From assembly GCA_902614085.1 (NCBI GenBank), contig CACMJS010000002.1, positions 234,268 to 298,267 on the forward strand: a stretch of 64,000 nucleotides of DNA. Reading direction: 5' to 3'. Every line of letters starts with the position of its first letter. Position 1 is the stretch's first letter. Positions 8,996 to 18,135 of this stretch are shown piece by piece. The notes below the pieces were generated by a model. The model did not search any database and was not told where the DNA came from. It saw nothing but the letters and a program-made list of their open reading frames with translations. This stretch comes from an uncultured Alphaproteobacteria bacterium (GTDB lineage: Bacteria > Pseudomonadota > Alphaproteobacteria > HIMB59 > GCA-002718135). A program made the position numbers and the translations under genes.

Positions 8996-10504
8996 TTAAG
9001 CTTTTAGTAATTTTTTCTTCCAACTATCATAAGATAGCTCAACAAAAAGATTTTTATCATTACCTAATATTTTACTAATCTCATTGTATGTATTTCCTGG
9101 GCCACAAAAATGATATTTTTCTATAATTTTAGGATATTTATCAATACTCGCCTTAAAAGCTGAACTGCTCATCCAATAAAAGTACTTTTTCTTTTCTATA
9201 TCTATTTCAAAATCAATAGACTCCAATTGATACGTTTCAATTTTATTTTTTATCAAACTTTCAGGAGATTTAGAATGAGTTAACTTAACCCAAGAATTAT
9301 TTGTAAGTGAATTAATATCTTTATCAAAATCCTCACCCAAACCATCTGAAGTTCCATTCACCCAAATACCTCTTTCAGATAAATTTTTCCATGTTCTTAA
9401 ACCACTAGTCCAAATAACATTATTTGATTGGATTTTTGACTTATCTGGGATTGAGCTAATTCGTGAAACATAAATACATTTATTTTGTAAATTATTTATA
9501 TCATCGACATTTTCATTTAATTGTTTTCTGGAAAAAATTTTATAATTTTTTAAATTTTCAGGATAAATTTCATCAGTTGTATTACTAGAAAAACTTATAT
9601 CTTTTGGATCAATAAAATCCCAGCTCTCAAAATGATTACCATTTTCATCTTCACCCCTTTTAGATACAACTAATCCTAATTTATGTGAGATATAAGATAC
9701 TCCTATTTTTTGGTGACATCCTCCTCCATAATTTTTTAAAATATTTCTTTCTTGAATAACATTTGAATAATCTTTGGAAAAATTAATATCATTTAAAATT
9801 TCGTTAAGTTTATTATCTTTAATTCTTGTTTCAATCGCTAGAGCTCCTTGTCCAGGAGAACAAGGGTTTATAGACAATGGTAAAACAGACCATAGACATT
9901 CATTAATATATTTTTTTAGAGTTATTTTTAATTCATTAAATTCAGAATAATTATTCAAAAGTAATCTATCAATTGCTGCCTTAGCAACAATAAAACCATC
10001 ACTGTCAGGATCTTCCAAAAATTTTTTAAATCTAGTGGGTATGTTACCTCTTATATTTTCAAAGCATACTTCATCAAACTTTTGTGGAAGATAATTTGCA
10101 ATAAAATTTTCTAAATTATATTGTCTTCTTGGTGATGAGCAAAGAATAGTAATTTTCTTACTATCTAATGTTATGTTTTTTTTTAAGAATAATATATCTC
10201 GTTTATCAGCACGTTTTAATGTTGCAGCAATTTTAGTTTTCTCGCCAACTTCAATTGGAAGATCCTTCCAAGAATGGACAATTAAATCACATTTGTTATT
10301 TATTAATTCATCTCTTAAATCATTAGTAAAAACACCTTCTGTCGGCATTTCAGAAAGAGGTGTTTTTAGATCTTTATCTCCTGAAGTACTTCTAGTTAAA
10401 AATTCTATTTCTACAAAAGGATGTTTTGATTGCAAATAATCGGAAAATTCACGTGCTTGAATTATTGCCAAATCACTTTTTCTAGATAAAATTCTTATTT
10501 TCAT
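8996..10504 (-). CDS. hemC: Hydroxymethylbilane synthase (porphobilinogen deaminase) with a ~190-aa C-terminal extension resembling part of uroporphyrinogen-III synthase
   Basis: The N-terminal ~300 aa carry HemC motifs (IVHSWKDLP, SPGQGALAIETR, GGGCHQKIGV). Total length is 502 aa versus about 310 for a typical HemC. The tail (encoded at about 8999-9577) has HEM4-like strings (VIWTSGLRTWKNL, YFYWMSSSAFKA, FCGPGNTYNEI). Confidence 0.8.
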   Translation of the reverse strand: MKIRILSRKSDLAIIQAREFSDYLQSKHPFVEIEFLTRSTSGDKDLKTPLSEMPTEGVFTNDLRDELINNKCDLIVHSWKDLPIEVGEKTKIAATLKRADKRDILFLKKNITLDSKKITILCSSPRRQYNLENFIANYLPQKFDEVCFENIRGNIPTRFKKFLEDPDSDGFIVAKAAIDRLLLNNYSEFNELKITLKKYINECLWSVLPLSINPCSPGQGALAIETRIKDNKLNEILNDINFSKDYSNVIQERNILKNYGGGCHQKIGVSYISHKLGLVVSKRGEDENGNHFESWDFIDPKDISFSSNTTDEIYPENLKNYKIFSRKQLNENVDDINNLQNKCIYVSRISSIPDKSKIQSNNVIWTSGLRTWKNLSERGIWVNGTSDGLGEDFDKDINSLTNNSWVKLTHSKSPESLIKNKIETYQLESIDFEIDIEKKKYFYWMSSSAFKASIDKYPKIIEKYHFCGPGNTYNEISKILGNDKNLFVELSYDSWKKKLLKA

Positions 10505-10546
10505 TACTTATATTTCTATAAATAACACTATATTGTAAAATTGGTA

Positions 10547-11110
10547 ATGGTTGAATTTAAAGGTACAAAATCTTCGTGGGGCTTGGTTGCAAAACTTTTT
10601 CATTGGTCATTGGCACTTCTTCTTTTTTGGCAAGTTGCAACAGGGATTAGCCTTCATAATATGGAATTTTCTCCTCTTAAAATGGGTTTTATTATTACTC
10701 ATAAATTTTTTGGCACCTTAGTCTTTAGTTTAGTAGTGCTTAGATTAATGTGGAAATACATATTTAATACTCATCCTAAATATGAAAATATTCCTTTATT
10801 TCATAAATTAGTTTCGAATTTAGTCCATTTTGTTCTTTATGGTTTAGTTATTCTTATTCCTATTCAGGGTACCTTTATGACATGGCTTGGAGGAGAAGAT
10901 GTTCATCTCTTGGGATTAATTAAAATACCACCTTTAATCGAAGAGAATTTTTTTTTATACCCGCAAGCTCTAGCTATACACTACTACTCAGCACTTTTAT
11001 TAACAGCTCTTTTTTCACTTCATATTGCAGCGGCTTTGTATCATCGATTTATAATTAAAGATAAATATGGTGTCTGGAGGAGAATGTCTTTTAGTAGAAA
11101 TAAGGTGTGA
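10547..11110 (+). CDS. Cytochrome b561 family membrane protein (CybB-like)
   Basis: 4-TM protein with conserved His positions (FHWSLALLL, ITHKFFG, AIHYYSA, HIAAALYHRF). ATG at 10547 preferred over TTG at 10541. Confidence 0.7.
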   Translation: MVEFKGTKSSWGLVAKLFHWSLALLLFWQVATGISLHNMEFSPLKMGFIITHKFFGTLVFSLVVLRLMWKYIFNTHPKYENIPLFHKLVSNLVHFVLYGLVILIPIQGTFMTWLGGEDVHLLGLIKIPPLIEENFFLYPQALAIHYYSALLLTALFSLHIAAALYHRFIIKDKYGVWRRMSFSRNKV

Positions 11111-11165
11111 CAATTCATTCAATTAAACACTTACAATTAAAGATTGGGTAAGATATCTAACATTT

Positions 11166-12401
11166 ATGCAATATAAAAATTTCTTTAAATCTGAATTAAA
11201 AAATTTAAAAGATCAGGGTCTTTATAGGGACTTTAGAAACATAGACAGACCTATAAAAAGTTTTCCAAATGCAGATGAAAGTTTCAAAAATAAAGAAAGA
11301 GAAGTAGAGGTTTGGTGTTCTAATGACTATCTGAACATGAGTCAGCACCCAGAAGTCGTAAATGAAATTGTAAAAACACTACTTGAATATGGATCTGGTT
11401 CAGGTGGAACAAGAAATATTTCTGGTACATCAACCTATCATACTGAACTTGAAAAAAAACTGGCAAATGTTCATAATAAAGAGGCGGCATTAGTTTTTGC
11501 TTCTGCTTATACAGCAAACCAATCTACTTTATGGACTTTAGGAAAAAAAATAAAAGATATTGAGATATTTTCTGATGAATTAAATCACGCATCTTTAATA
11601 CAAGGTATTAAGAATAGTGGAGCTAAGTGTCATATATTTAAACACAATGACATTGATCATTTAGAACAGTTACTAAAAGAGTCAAATGTAGATAATCCTA
11701 AGTTAATCGTTTTTGAAAGTTTATACTCTATGGAAGGTATAAGATCGCCTATAGTTAAAATTGTAGAGTTAGCAAAAAAATATAACTGTATGACATATTT
11801 GGATGAAGTTCATTCAGTTGGACTTTACGGTGAAGAAGGTAAAGGTATTGCAGTAGAAATGGGAGTTGAAGATAAAATAGATATTATTAATGGAACTTTA
11901 GCAAAAGCATATGGTCAAATGGGAGGTTATATTGCTGCTAGCTCAGAAATAATTGACTACATTAGAAGTTTTGCTCCAGGTTTTATTTTTACAACTTCAA
12001 TCTGCCCATCAATTGCTGCAGGAGCAGCTAAAGCAATAGATATTGTTTCTCTAGCAGAGCAACTAAGAATAAGAATAAAAGAAAATGCAGCTTTAATAAG
12101 AGAAAATTTAGATTCCTTAGCAATCCCTTATTTGGATACAAATTCTCATATTGTAGCAGTATTAATTAATGATCCTTTTTTATGCAAAAAAGTGTCTAAA
12201 GATTTAATTGATGATCATGGTATTTATGCGCAGCCAATTTTTTACCCGACTGTACCAAAAGGTTTAGAAAGACTGAGAATAACTGTTACCCCAAAACATA
12301 GAAAAGAGCATATTGAAAAAATGATTAAGGCTCTTGATACAGTTTGGTCTAAAAATAATTTACCAAGAAAAAATAATAATAAAGTTACAGCAAATATTTA
12401 A
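11166..12401 (+). CDS. hemA: 5-aminolevulinate synthase (C4 pathway, alphaproteobacterial type)
   Basis: 411-aa PLP enzyme of the alpha-oxoamine synthase family. Motifs: [42 protein letters not shown]. Confidence 0.9.
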   Translation: MQYKNFFKSELKNLKDQGLYRDFRNIDRPIKSFPNADESFKNKEREVEVWCSNDYLNMSQHPEVVNEIVKTLLEYGSGSGGTRNISGTSTYHTELEKKLANVHNKEAALVFASAYTANQSTLWTLGKKIKDIEIFSDELNHASLIQGIKNSGAKCHIFKHNDIDHLEQLLKESNVDNPKLIVFESLYSMEGIRSPIVKIVELAKKYNCMTYLDEVHSVGLYGEEGKGIAVEMGVEDKIDIINGTLAKAYGQMGGYIAASSEIIDYIRSFAPGFIFTTSICPSIAAGAAKAIDIVSLAEQLRIRIKENAALIRENLDSLAIPYLDTNSHIVAVLINDPFLCKKVSKDLIDDHGIYAQPIFYPTVPKGLERLRITVTPKHRKEHIEKMIKALDTVWSKNNLPRKNNNKVTANI

Positions 12402-13300
12402 GTTTTAATATTGATATCAATCTGCCTAGCAGCAAAACCATAATAAACTACTGCTAACGTTATTATAAAACCTCCAATTATTACAGTTGTACTTGGCACT
12501 TCATTAATCCCAAAAATAGGAAGCCATACCCAAAGAACTCCCCCAACAACTTCCATTAAAGATAAAAGTGCTAGCTCAGCTGAGGGTAAATATTTTGCTC
12601 CAAGACTATAAAGTATCAAACCAGCTGCTACAATTAACCCATGAAGTATACTTAAATAATTATTTATTTCAGGCATTAAAATAAAAGGTTCAAAAGAAAA
12701 TCCTAAGATAAAGAATGCAAATATTGCACAAAATATTCCCGCTAAAACAACTGTTGTAAATTTTGGTGTTTCAGGTTTCCATCTTATTGTAACAGTATAC
12801 AAAGCAAAACCAGTTGCAGAAATAAATCCTATTATTGCTCCTAAAGCAGTTCCTGAAATACTGTCATTAATAATCATCACACAAACACCTATAAATGCTA
12901 CAACCATTGCAATTAATGTTGATTTTTTAAGTATTTCACCAAGAACAAAATAACCAACAATAGCTGCAATAAAAGGCATAGCTGCTAACATAAATAGTGT
13001 AACAGCAGCCGTAGTCATAGTAATAGAAAAAATAAATCCTGTAAAAGCTGTTGCTAGGAATAGTCCACCAAGTATTGATGACATTCCTATTCTGAGAAAA
13101 TTTTTATAAAAAGCAAATCCTTCCCGAAAAAATAAATATATAAGAAGTATAATTGAAATAGTTAAACCTCTATAAAATAAATATTGAAAAACATATTGAT
13201 GGCCGTCCACCATATATCTAACAGTCAACGCACCAAAACTCCAAAAAATTCCAGCAAGAAAAACTACACAAAAGGCATATAGATAAGAATTTTGACTCAT
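12398..13300 (-). CDS. DMT superfamily (EamA-like) transporter
   Basis: 300 aa with about 10 TM segments and duplicated EamA-type halves. Confidence 0.7.
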   Translation of the reverse strand: MSQNSYLYAFCVVFLAGIFWSFGALTVRYMVDGHQYVFQYLFYRGLTISIILLIYLFFREGFAFYKNFLRIGMSSILGGLFLATAFTGFIFSITMTTAAVTLFMLAAMPFIAAIVGYFVLGEILKKSTLIAMVVAFIGVCVMIINDSISGTALGAIIGFISATGFALYTVTIRWKPETPKFTTVVLAGIFCAIFAFFILGFSFEPFILMPEINNYLSILHGLIVAAGLILYSLGAKYLPSAELALLSLMEVVGGVLWVWLPIFGINEVPSTTVIIGGFIITLAVVYYGFAARQIDINIKT

Positions 13301-13474
13301 TGTTTAAAGGTCAAATCATTAAATTTGATAAAAGTAAATTAATATTTTAATTATTTATTTGAATACCCGTTTCTTTACTTCCTGTGATTTTAAAATTGAC
13401 TTTGTTATCATCATTTTTTTTTATTTCAGATACGTCTGACATTTTGCAACTGGCAATAAAAAGAAATGATAAAA

Positions 13475-13978
13475 TTATTGGCAACTGCCTATAGAACCAA
13501 GAGCACATTTTTTACCATCTATCCATATAGCATTTGACAAATTTGCTTCATCAAAAATTGCACCTGAAATATTAGCACCAAGTAGATTTGCCTCATATAG
13601 ATTTGCACCTTTAAAAGTCGCTCCAAAGAGATTAGATCCCTCAAAGTTTACTTTTGCAAGGTTTGCATTATCAAAGTTAGCATTATTACAATTAGCTCCC
13701 TGTAAATTTGAAGCATATAAATTAGAATTACTGAAATTTGAGAAGATAAAATTACCAATAGATAAATTTGAATTATTTAGTTGAGATTTTTCAAAATTAG
13801 ATAAAGATAAATTAACTCCTGACATTTGAGAATTTGCCAAACCAGTACCAGAAAGATCGAGGTTTTCTACAAAATTACAATTAGTCCAATCAACATCATT
13901 TGCTGGTTGATCACTGCATGCAGCAAATACAGAATATGTGCTAATGAAACTTAAGACAAATATAATTAAAAATCTCAT
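13475..13978 (-). CDS. Secreted (possibly lipoprotein) pentapeptide-repeat protein
   Basis: Signal peptide MRFLIIFVLSFISTYSVFAA followed by Cys. Runs of A(N/D)Lxx pentapeptides follow (ANLYEANLLGANISGAIFDEANLSNA). It lies 41 nt downstream of the MotB-like gene on the same strand. Confidence 0.8.
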   Translation of the reverse strand: MRFLIIFVLSFISTYSVFAACSDQPANDVDWTNCNFVENLDLSGTGLANSQMSGVNLSLSNFEKSQLNNSNLSIGNFIFSNFSNSNLYASNLQGANCNNANFDNANLAKVNFEGSNLFGATFKGANLYEANLLGANISGAIFDEANLSNAIWIDGKKCALGSIGSCQ

Positions 13979-14019
13979 ATTGAATTTTTATGATCAGTTT
14001 ATGTTAAATTTAAGGCAAA

Positions 14020-15786
14020 TTAGCGTGAAGTGAGTTTTAATTCAATCCTTCTATTCTGTTGAAGATCACTCTCAGTTTCTCCATTACTGATAGGATAAAA
14101 CTCTCCAAATCCTGCAGATGCTAATCTATTTGGTGGAAAACCAAGATCAAGAAGAAGTTTTAAAACTGTATTAGCTCTAGCTGAAGATAATTCCCAGTTA
14201 GAAGGATATCTAATTGTTTGAATAGGTTTTTTGTCAGTGTGTCCTTCTACCATGATAATCCAGTCAATATCTGAAGGAATATCATTAGTAGTCTCTTTTA
14301 AAGTAAGGCCAATTTCACTTAACTTTTCTTTACCAGATAGTTGTAAATCTGCTGAAGCAGAATCAAATAATAGCTCTGATTCAAAAATAAATCTATCTCC
14401 TACAATTTTAATATCTTTTCTATCACCTAAAATAGATTGTAGTTTTCCAAAAAACTCAGATCTATATTTTTGAAGTTCAAATACTTTTGATGTAAGGGCT
14501 TTATTTAACTTTTCACCTAGCACCTCTATTTCTAAATCTTTAATCAAAGCCTGACTTTCACTAGCTTCTAGAGCACTATTAAGCAAAGCAATTTCTTTTT
14601 GCAGAGTGTCAATCTGATTAGATAGAATTTCTACCTGTTCTAATGTTTTTGAAGCTTGTATTTCCATATTTTTAATTTCTTCAAGCGATGTTTCTTTTTG
14701 TGTTTGATTTTCTTGCTCTAATAATGCAATTTGATTTTGAAGTAGCTCAAGCTTATCAAGTTGTTGTTTTTGTTTATCTTCAGACAAAGAAAGTACATTA
14801 TTAAGTTCAGATATTTTTCCTCGCAAATTAAAAATAGTGCTATCTTTCTGAATTAAATCTTTATTTAATCTTGCTAATTCTTCATTTTTAAACCTAATTG
14901 CATCAAGTTGTTCATTAAGTGATGCATCTTTTAAGCCAAGACTATCATTAATTTCTAAAAGATCATTCATTAGTTCTTGATATTGGGATATTTGACTTTG
15001 TAATTCTTCATCTCTTAAGGATAGTTCGATGTTTGTTTTTTCCAATTCATCATTTAAATTTAAGAGTTGTTCATTTTTATTTTTAATTGCAAGCAATTGC
15101 TCTTCAATTCCGCCTTCCTCTAAACCCAGACTTTCGTTAATGGCAATTAAATTTTCATTCTTCTCATTTAATTCTGCTATTGTCGATTTGAGAGATTTTT
15201 CACTTTCAAGTAGTTTAAAATTAGCATTATCTAATTCTTGATTAAGTATTTTTAGTTGATCAATTCTTGTTGCAAGTGCTTTATTAATTCGTTCTCCAAG
15301 TCCCTCGGTTTCAAGTAAAGTAATTTCTTGTCCTTCATAAGTTTCTAATGCATTTGCAACTATTCTCAGTTCTTTTAAAAGACTACTAATTTGCTCGGAT
15401 AAAGCTATTATATTTTGTTCCTGAACAAATATTTCTGATCGTTTTTTTGCAACATCAGTTTGTAATTGCTCACTTAATAATTGCTCACTTTGTAAATTTA
15501 ATTCTGTATCTTCAAGTTTTTTCTCAGTTTCATAAAGAGTTGAAAGAGCTTCTTCTTTATCTTTTGTTTCAATAACAAGTATTTTAGATAATTCATTTAT
15601 TTGTGTTCTTAAATCTTGAAGCGCCTTATCTCGACCAGATATAGCATCACTCAGATATATTTGCGAAACAGTAAAAACCATTAGCACAAATATGATTACT
15701 ATTAAAAGAGTAGCTAGAACATCGACAAAACCAGGCCAAATATTTGTTGTATCAGCAAGTCTATTTCTTAAAGACCTAGTAGACAT
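14020..15786 (-). CDS. MotB/OmpA-family protein: N-terminal TM with conserved Asp, ~400-aa coiled coil, C-terminal OmpA-like peptidoglycan-binding domain
   Basis: The TM segment IWPGFVDVLATLLIVIIFVL carries Asp22 (MotB/ExbD-like). Residues 45-440 are heptad-rich and rich in E, L, Q, K. The C-terminus reads MVEGHTDKKP...NWELSSARANTVLKLL...GFGEFYP...NRRIELKL (OmpA_C-like). Confidence 0.8.
   Translation of the reverse strand: MSTRSLRNRLADTTNIWPGFVDVLATLLIVIIFVLMVFTVSQIYLSDAISGRDKALQDLRTQINELSKILVIETKDKEEALSTLYETEKKLEDTELNLQSEQLLSEQLQTDVAKKRSEIFVQEQNIIALSEQISSLLKELRIVANALETYEGQEITLLETEGLGERINKALATRIDQLKILNQELDNANFKLLESEKSLKSTIAELNEKNENLIAINESLGLEEGGIEEQLLAIKNKNEQLLNLNDELEKTNIELSLRDEELQSQISQYQELMNDLLEINDSLGLKDASLNEQLDAIRFKNEELARLNKDLIQKDSTIFNLRGKISELNNVLSLSEDKQKQQLDKLELLQNQIALLEQENQTQKETSLEEIKNMEIQASKTLEQVEILSNQIDTLQKEIALLNSALEASESQALIKDLEIEVLGEKLNKALTSKVFELQKYRSEFFGKLQSILGDRKDIKIVGDRFIFESELLFDSASADLQLSGKEKLSEIGLTLKETTNDIPSDIDWIIMVEGHTDKKPIQTIRYPSNWELSSARANTVLKLLLDLGFPPNRLASAGFGEFYPISNGETESDLQQNRRIELKLTSR
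14854..15141 (-). repeat. Intragenic tandem duplication (~63-residue period) within the coiled coil of the MotB-like protein
   Basis: INESLGLEEGGIEEQLLAIKNKNEQLLNLNDEL (residues 216-248) versus INDSLGLKDASLNEQLDAIRFKNEELARLNKDL (residues 279-311). A second motif pair, LGERINKALATRI (about residue 163) and LGEKLNKALTSKV (about residue 423), brackets the coil. Confidence 0.7.
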
Positions 15787-15788
15787 TA

Positions 15789-16814
15789 TTATTTTTTAAT
15801 TTTCTTTAGTTCTTTTTCAATTTTCTGAAAATACTCTTTAACTTTTTTTGCTTCTAATATTCCATTTTTGCTTAAAGCTTCTGTAAGGTTCATTAGTGTA
15901 GATTGTGTGTTTAATTGTGAAGATAAGAAATTTGATAATTGCTTATCAAGATTTGAAGAGTTGGAATTGATTTTGTTAAGTATTTCATTAAACTTCTCTA
16001 AATTATTTGAAATTTTAGTTTGACTGTCAGATGATTTCTTAAAAGCATTTAGGAGGTTTTCTAAGTTGTCATAGATTTTTTGAATTGCTTCACCTGTAGG
16101 CTTATCTTCTACTTTAGAAAAATCTGGAGAAGAATTGCTATTAAGGATTTTTTCAAAGTATTGACTAAATTTATTTTGAGCTTGTCCAAGATTTAAATCA
16201 AGTAATCCTAATATTAAAGAGCCAGCTAAACCTAATAAAGAACTGCTAAATGCAATACTCATTCCTTCAAGTGGAGCGTTTAATCCATCTTTAAGAGAAT
16301 TAAAAAAACCTGCAACATTTGTGTCATCTATACCTAGGCCGCTGATAACATTGCCAACAGATCCAATGGTTTTTAGAAGTCCCCAGAAAGTTCCAAGGAG
16401 TCCTAAAAAAACTAGCAAGCCTACCAGGTAACGAGAAGTTTCTCTTATGCTTATCAAAGTCATATCAGAATTCTCTATCAATCTATTTATTGATGAACTT
16501 TTAAAAACAAATTTTCCGTCAAGATTTTTTAATTCGAGAGAAATATTTTTGTCTTGTCCTCTTAAATTAGAGAATGCTTCTATAGAATTTGTAATATTAA
16601 AGTTTGAGAAAGATATATATTTGTAATTTAAGTTAATGAGATGAAAAAAATTAAATACAATTCCAGTTAACAGGGCTAATAAAATTATAATGTTAATAAA
16701 AATATTTGATAAAAAAGCATTCTGTAAAACTGGGTATAATAAAACAACAATAACAAAAACAGCAACCAAGAATATTGATGCTCTAATTATGTAATTATTT
16801 AAGGATAGTGCCAT
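15789..16814 (-). CDS. MotA/TolQ/ExbB-family proton-channel protein with a ~130-aa Ser/Asn/Lys-rich C-terminal coiled-coil tail
   Basis: 4 predicted TM segments. Family motifs: LVFLGLLGTFWGLLKTIG and MSIAFSSSLLGLAGSLILGLLDL. Its stop lies 2 nt before the MotB-like start. Confidence 0.8.
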   Translation of the reverse strand: MALSLNNYIIRASIFLVAVFVIVVLLYPVLQNAFLSNIFINIIILLALLTGIVFNFFHLINLNYKYISFSNFNITNSIEAFSNLRGQDKNISLELKNLDGKFVFKSSSINRLIENSDMTLISIRETSRYLVGLLVFLGLLGTFWGLLKTIGSVGNVISGLGIDDTNVAGFFNSLKDGLNAPLEGMSIAFSSSLLGLAGSLILGLLDLNLGQAQNKFSQYFEKILNSNSSPDFSKVEDKPTGEAIQKIYDNLENLLNAFKKSSDSQTKISNNLEKFNEILNKINSNSSNLDKQLSNFLSSQLNTQSTLMNLTEALSKNGILEAKKVKEYFQKIEKELKKIKK

Positions 16815-16864
16815 AAATAAAAGATTATATTACCTATCTTGGAAATTCAATAAATATTGACTGT

Positions 16865-18049
16865 TTAGTTGTATATATAATTTCTTGTGAGAGGCAGATT
16901 GTTAATATTCTTTGCTATTTGTATTTGAAAAACAACATTACCCATATTTACAAAGGAATACTTACTTGCCAATAGATAAAACTCCCACATTCTAAAGAAA
17001 CGTTGATCAAACATCTTTATAATTTTATCTTTATTTTCAATAACATTTTGATACCACTTTGAAAGAGTGTGAGCGTAATGTAGTCTTAAAACCTCAACAT
17101 CTGTTACATTTATATTAAGTTTTTGTGTTTCATTCATTACTTCAGATAATGATGGAATATAACCACCAGGAAAAATATATTTTCTTATCCAAGGACTAGT
17201 AGCTGTTGGTTTGCCCCTTTGACCAATAGTATGCAAAAGAAAAACACCATTTTCTTTAAGTATATCATTAGCTTTACTTAAATAAGTTTTGAAGTATTTA
17301 ACACCAACATGCTCAAACATTCCAACTGATACTATACGATCATATTTTTCAGTCTCATTTCTATAATCTTGTAGTGCAAATGAAACTTTACCGCTCAAAC
17401 CTTCTTTTTGTGCTCGTTCAGATGCAGTTTTAAATTGATTTTCTGAAAGTGTGATTCCTTTAACTTTGGCGCCAGTAGATTTAGCTATTTCAATTGCCAT
17501 GCCTCCCCAACCACACCCAATATCAAGAACATCCATATTTTCTGTAATTTGAAGTTTTTTAATTATATGTTGTTTTTTATCTTTCTGTGCTTGATCTAAA
17601 CTCATATTTGGATTGTGAAAATATGCACAAGAATATTGCATATCCTGATCAAGAAATAATTTATATAAATCTTCATTTATATCGTAGTGGTGTGCTACAT
17701 TTTTTTTTGAATTTACAAGTTTATTAATCTGCTGAAATGGCATTAAAATAGAAGATAAATATTCATAAAATTTATAAAACTTATTGTTAGAAATAAAGTC
17801 ATCGTAACAATTAGATATTATATTGAGAAAGTCTTCTATAGTGCCTTTTTCTATAACTAACTCCTCATTCATATATGCTTCACCTATATGAAGATTAGGG
17901 TTTAAGAATAGTTTTCTTTCAATAGATTTGTTTTTTAATCTTATACAAACGTGTGGATTTGAATTTCCAAATTTATAAATCTTATCATTAGAATCTATGA
18001 TTTCTAATGTTCCATCAAAGTTAAGTTTTTTCAGTACACTGAATAACAT
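16865..18049 (-). CDS. Cyclopropane-fatty-acyl-phospholipid synthase family SAM-dependent methyltransferase
   Basis: 394 aa. SAM motif VLDIGCGWGGMAIEIA, plus the Cfa-like strings HYDINEDLYKLFLD and MQYSCAYF. Confidence 0.8.
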   Translation of the reverse strand: MLFSVLKKLNFDGTLEIIDSNDKIYKFGNSNPHVCIRLKNKSIERKLFLNPNLHIGEAYMNEELVIEKGTIEDFLNIISNCYDDFISNNKFYKFYEYLSSILMPFQQINKLVNSKKNVAHHYDINEDLYKLFLDQDMQYSCAYFHNPNMSLDQAQKDKKQHIIKKLQITENMDVLDIGCGWGGMAIEIAKSTGAKVKGITLSENQFKTASERAQKEGLSGKVSFALQDYRNETEKYDRIVSVGMFEHVGVKYFKTYLSKANDILKENGVFLLHTIGQRGKPTATSPWIRKYIFPGGYIPSLSEVMNETQKLNINVTDVEVLRLHYAHTLSKWYQNVIENKDKIIKMFDQRFFRMWEFYLLASKYSFVNMGNVVFQIQIAKNINNLPLTRNYIYN

Positions 18050-18135
18050 GTTTTTTTATTTTAAGAAAAACGTCACTTATGTCAATAACTCTAAATTATT
18101 AACATTTGATGAGAAAATAATTTGTAGAGATTGAC

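Noticed and set aside
13347-13442. 31-aa minus-strand ORF (MSDVSEIKKNDDNKVNFKITGSKETGIQINN) in the 174-bp gap after the pentapeptide-repeat gene
   Set aside because: It has no recognisable motif, no clear ribosome-binding site, and is very short. It cannot be supported from sequence alone, so I kept it only as a note.
14020-16814. Zorya anti-phage system or flagellar stator as the identity of the MotA/MotB-like pair
   Set aside because: Against Zorya: no ZorC, ZorD or ZorE-like genes are adjacent, and the long coiled coil is on the MotB-like subunit rather than the MotA-like one. Against a flagellar stator: no flagellar genes are in the window. Whole-genome context is needed to exclude either completely.
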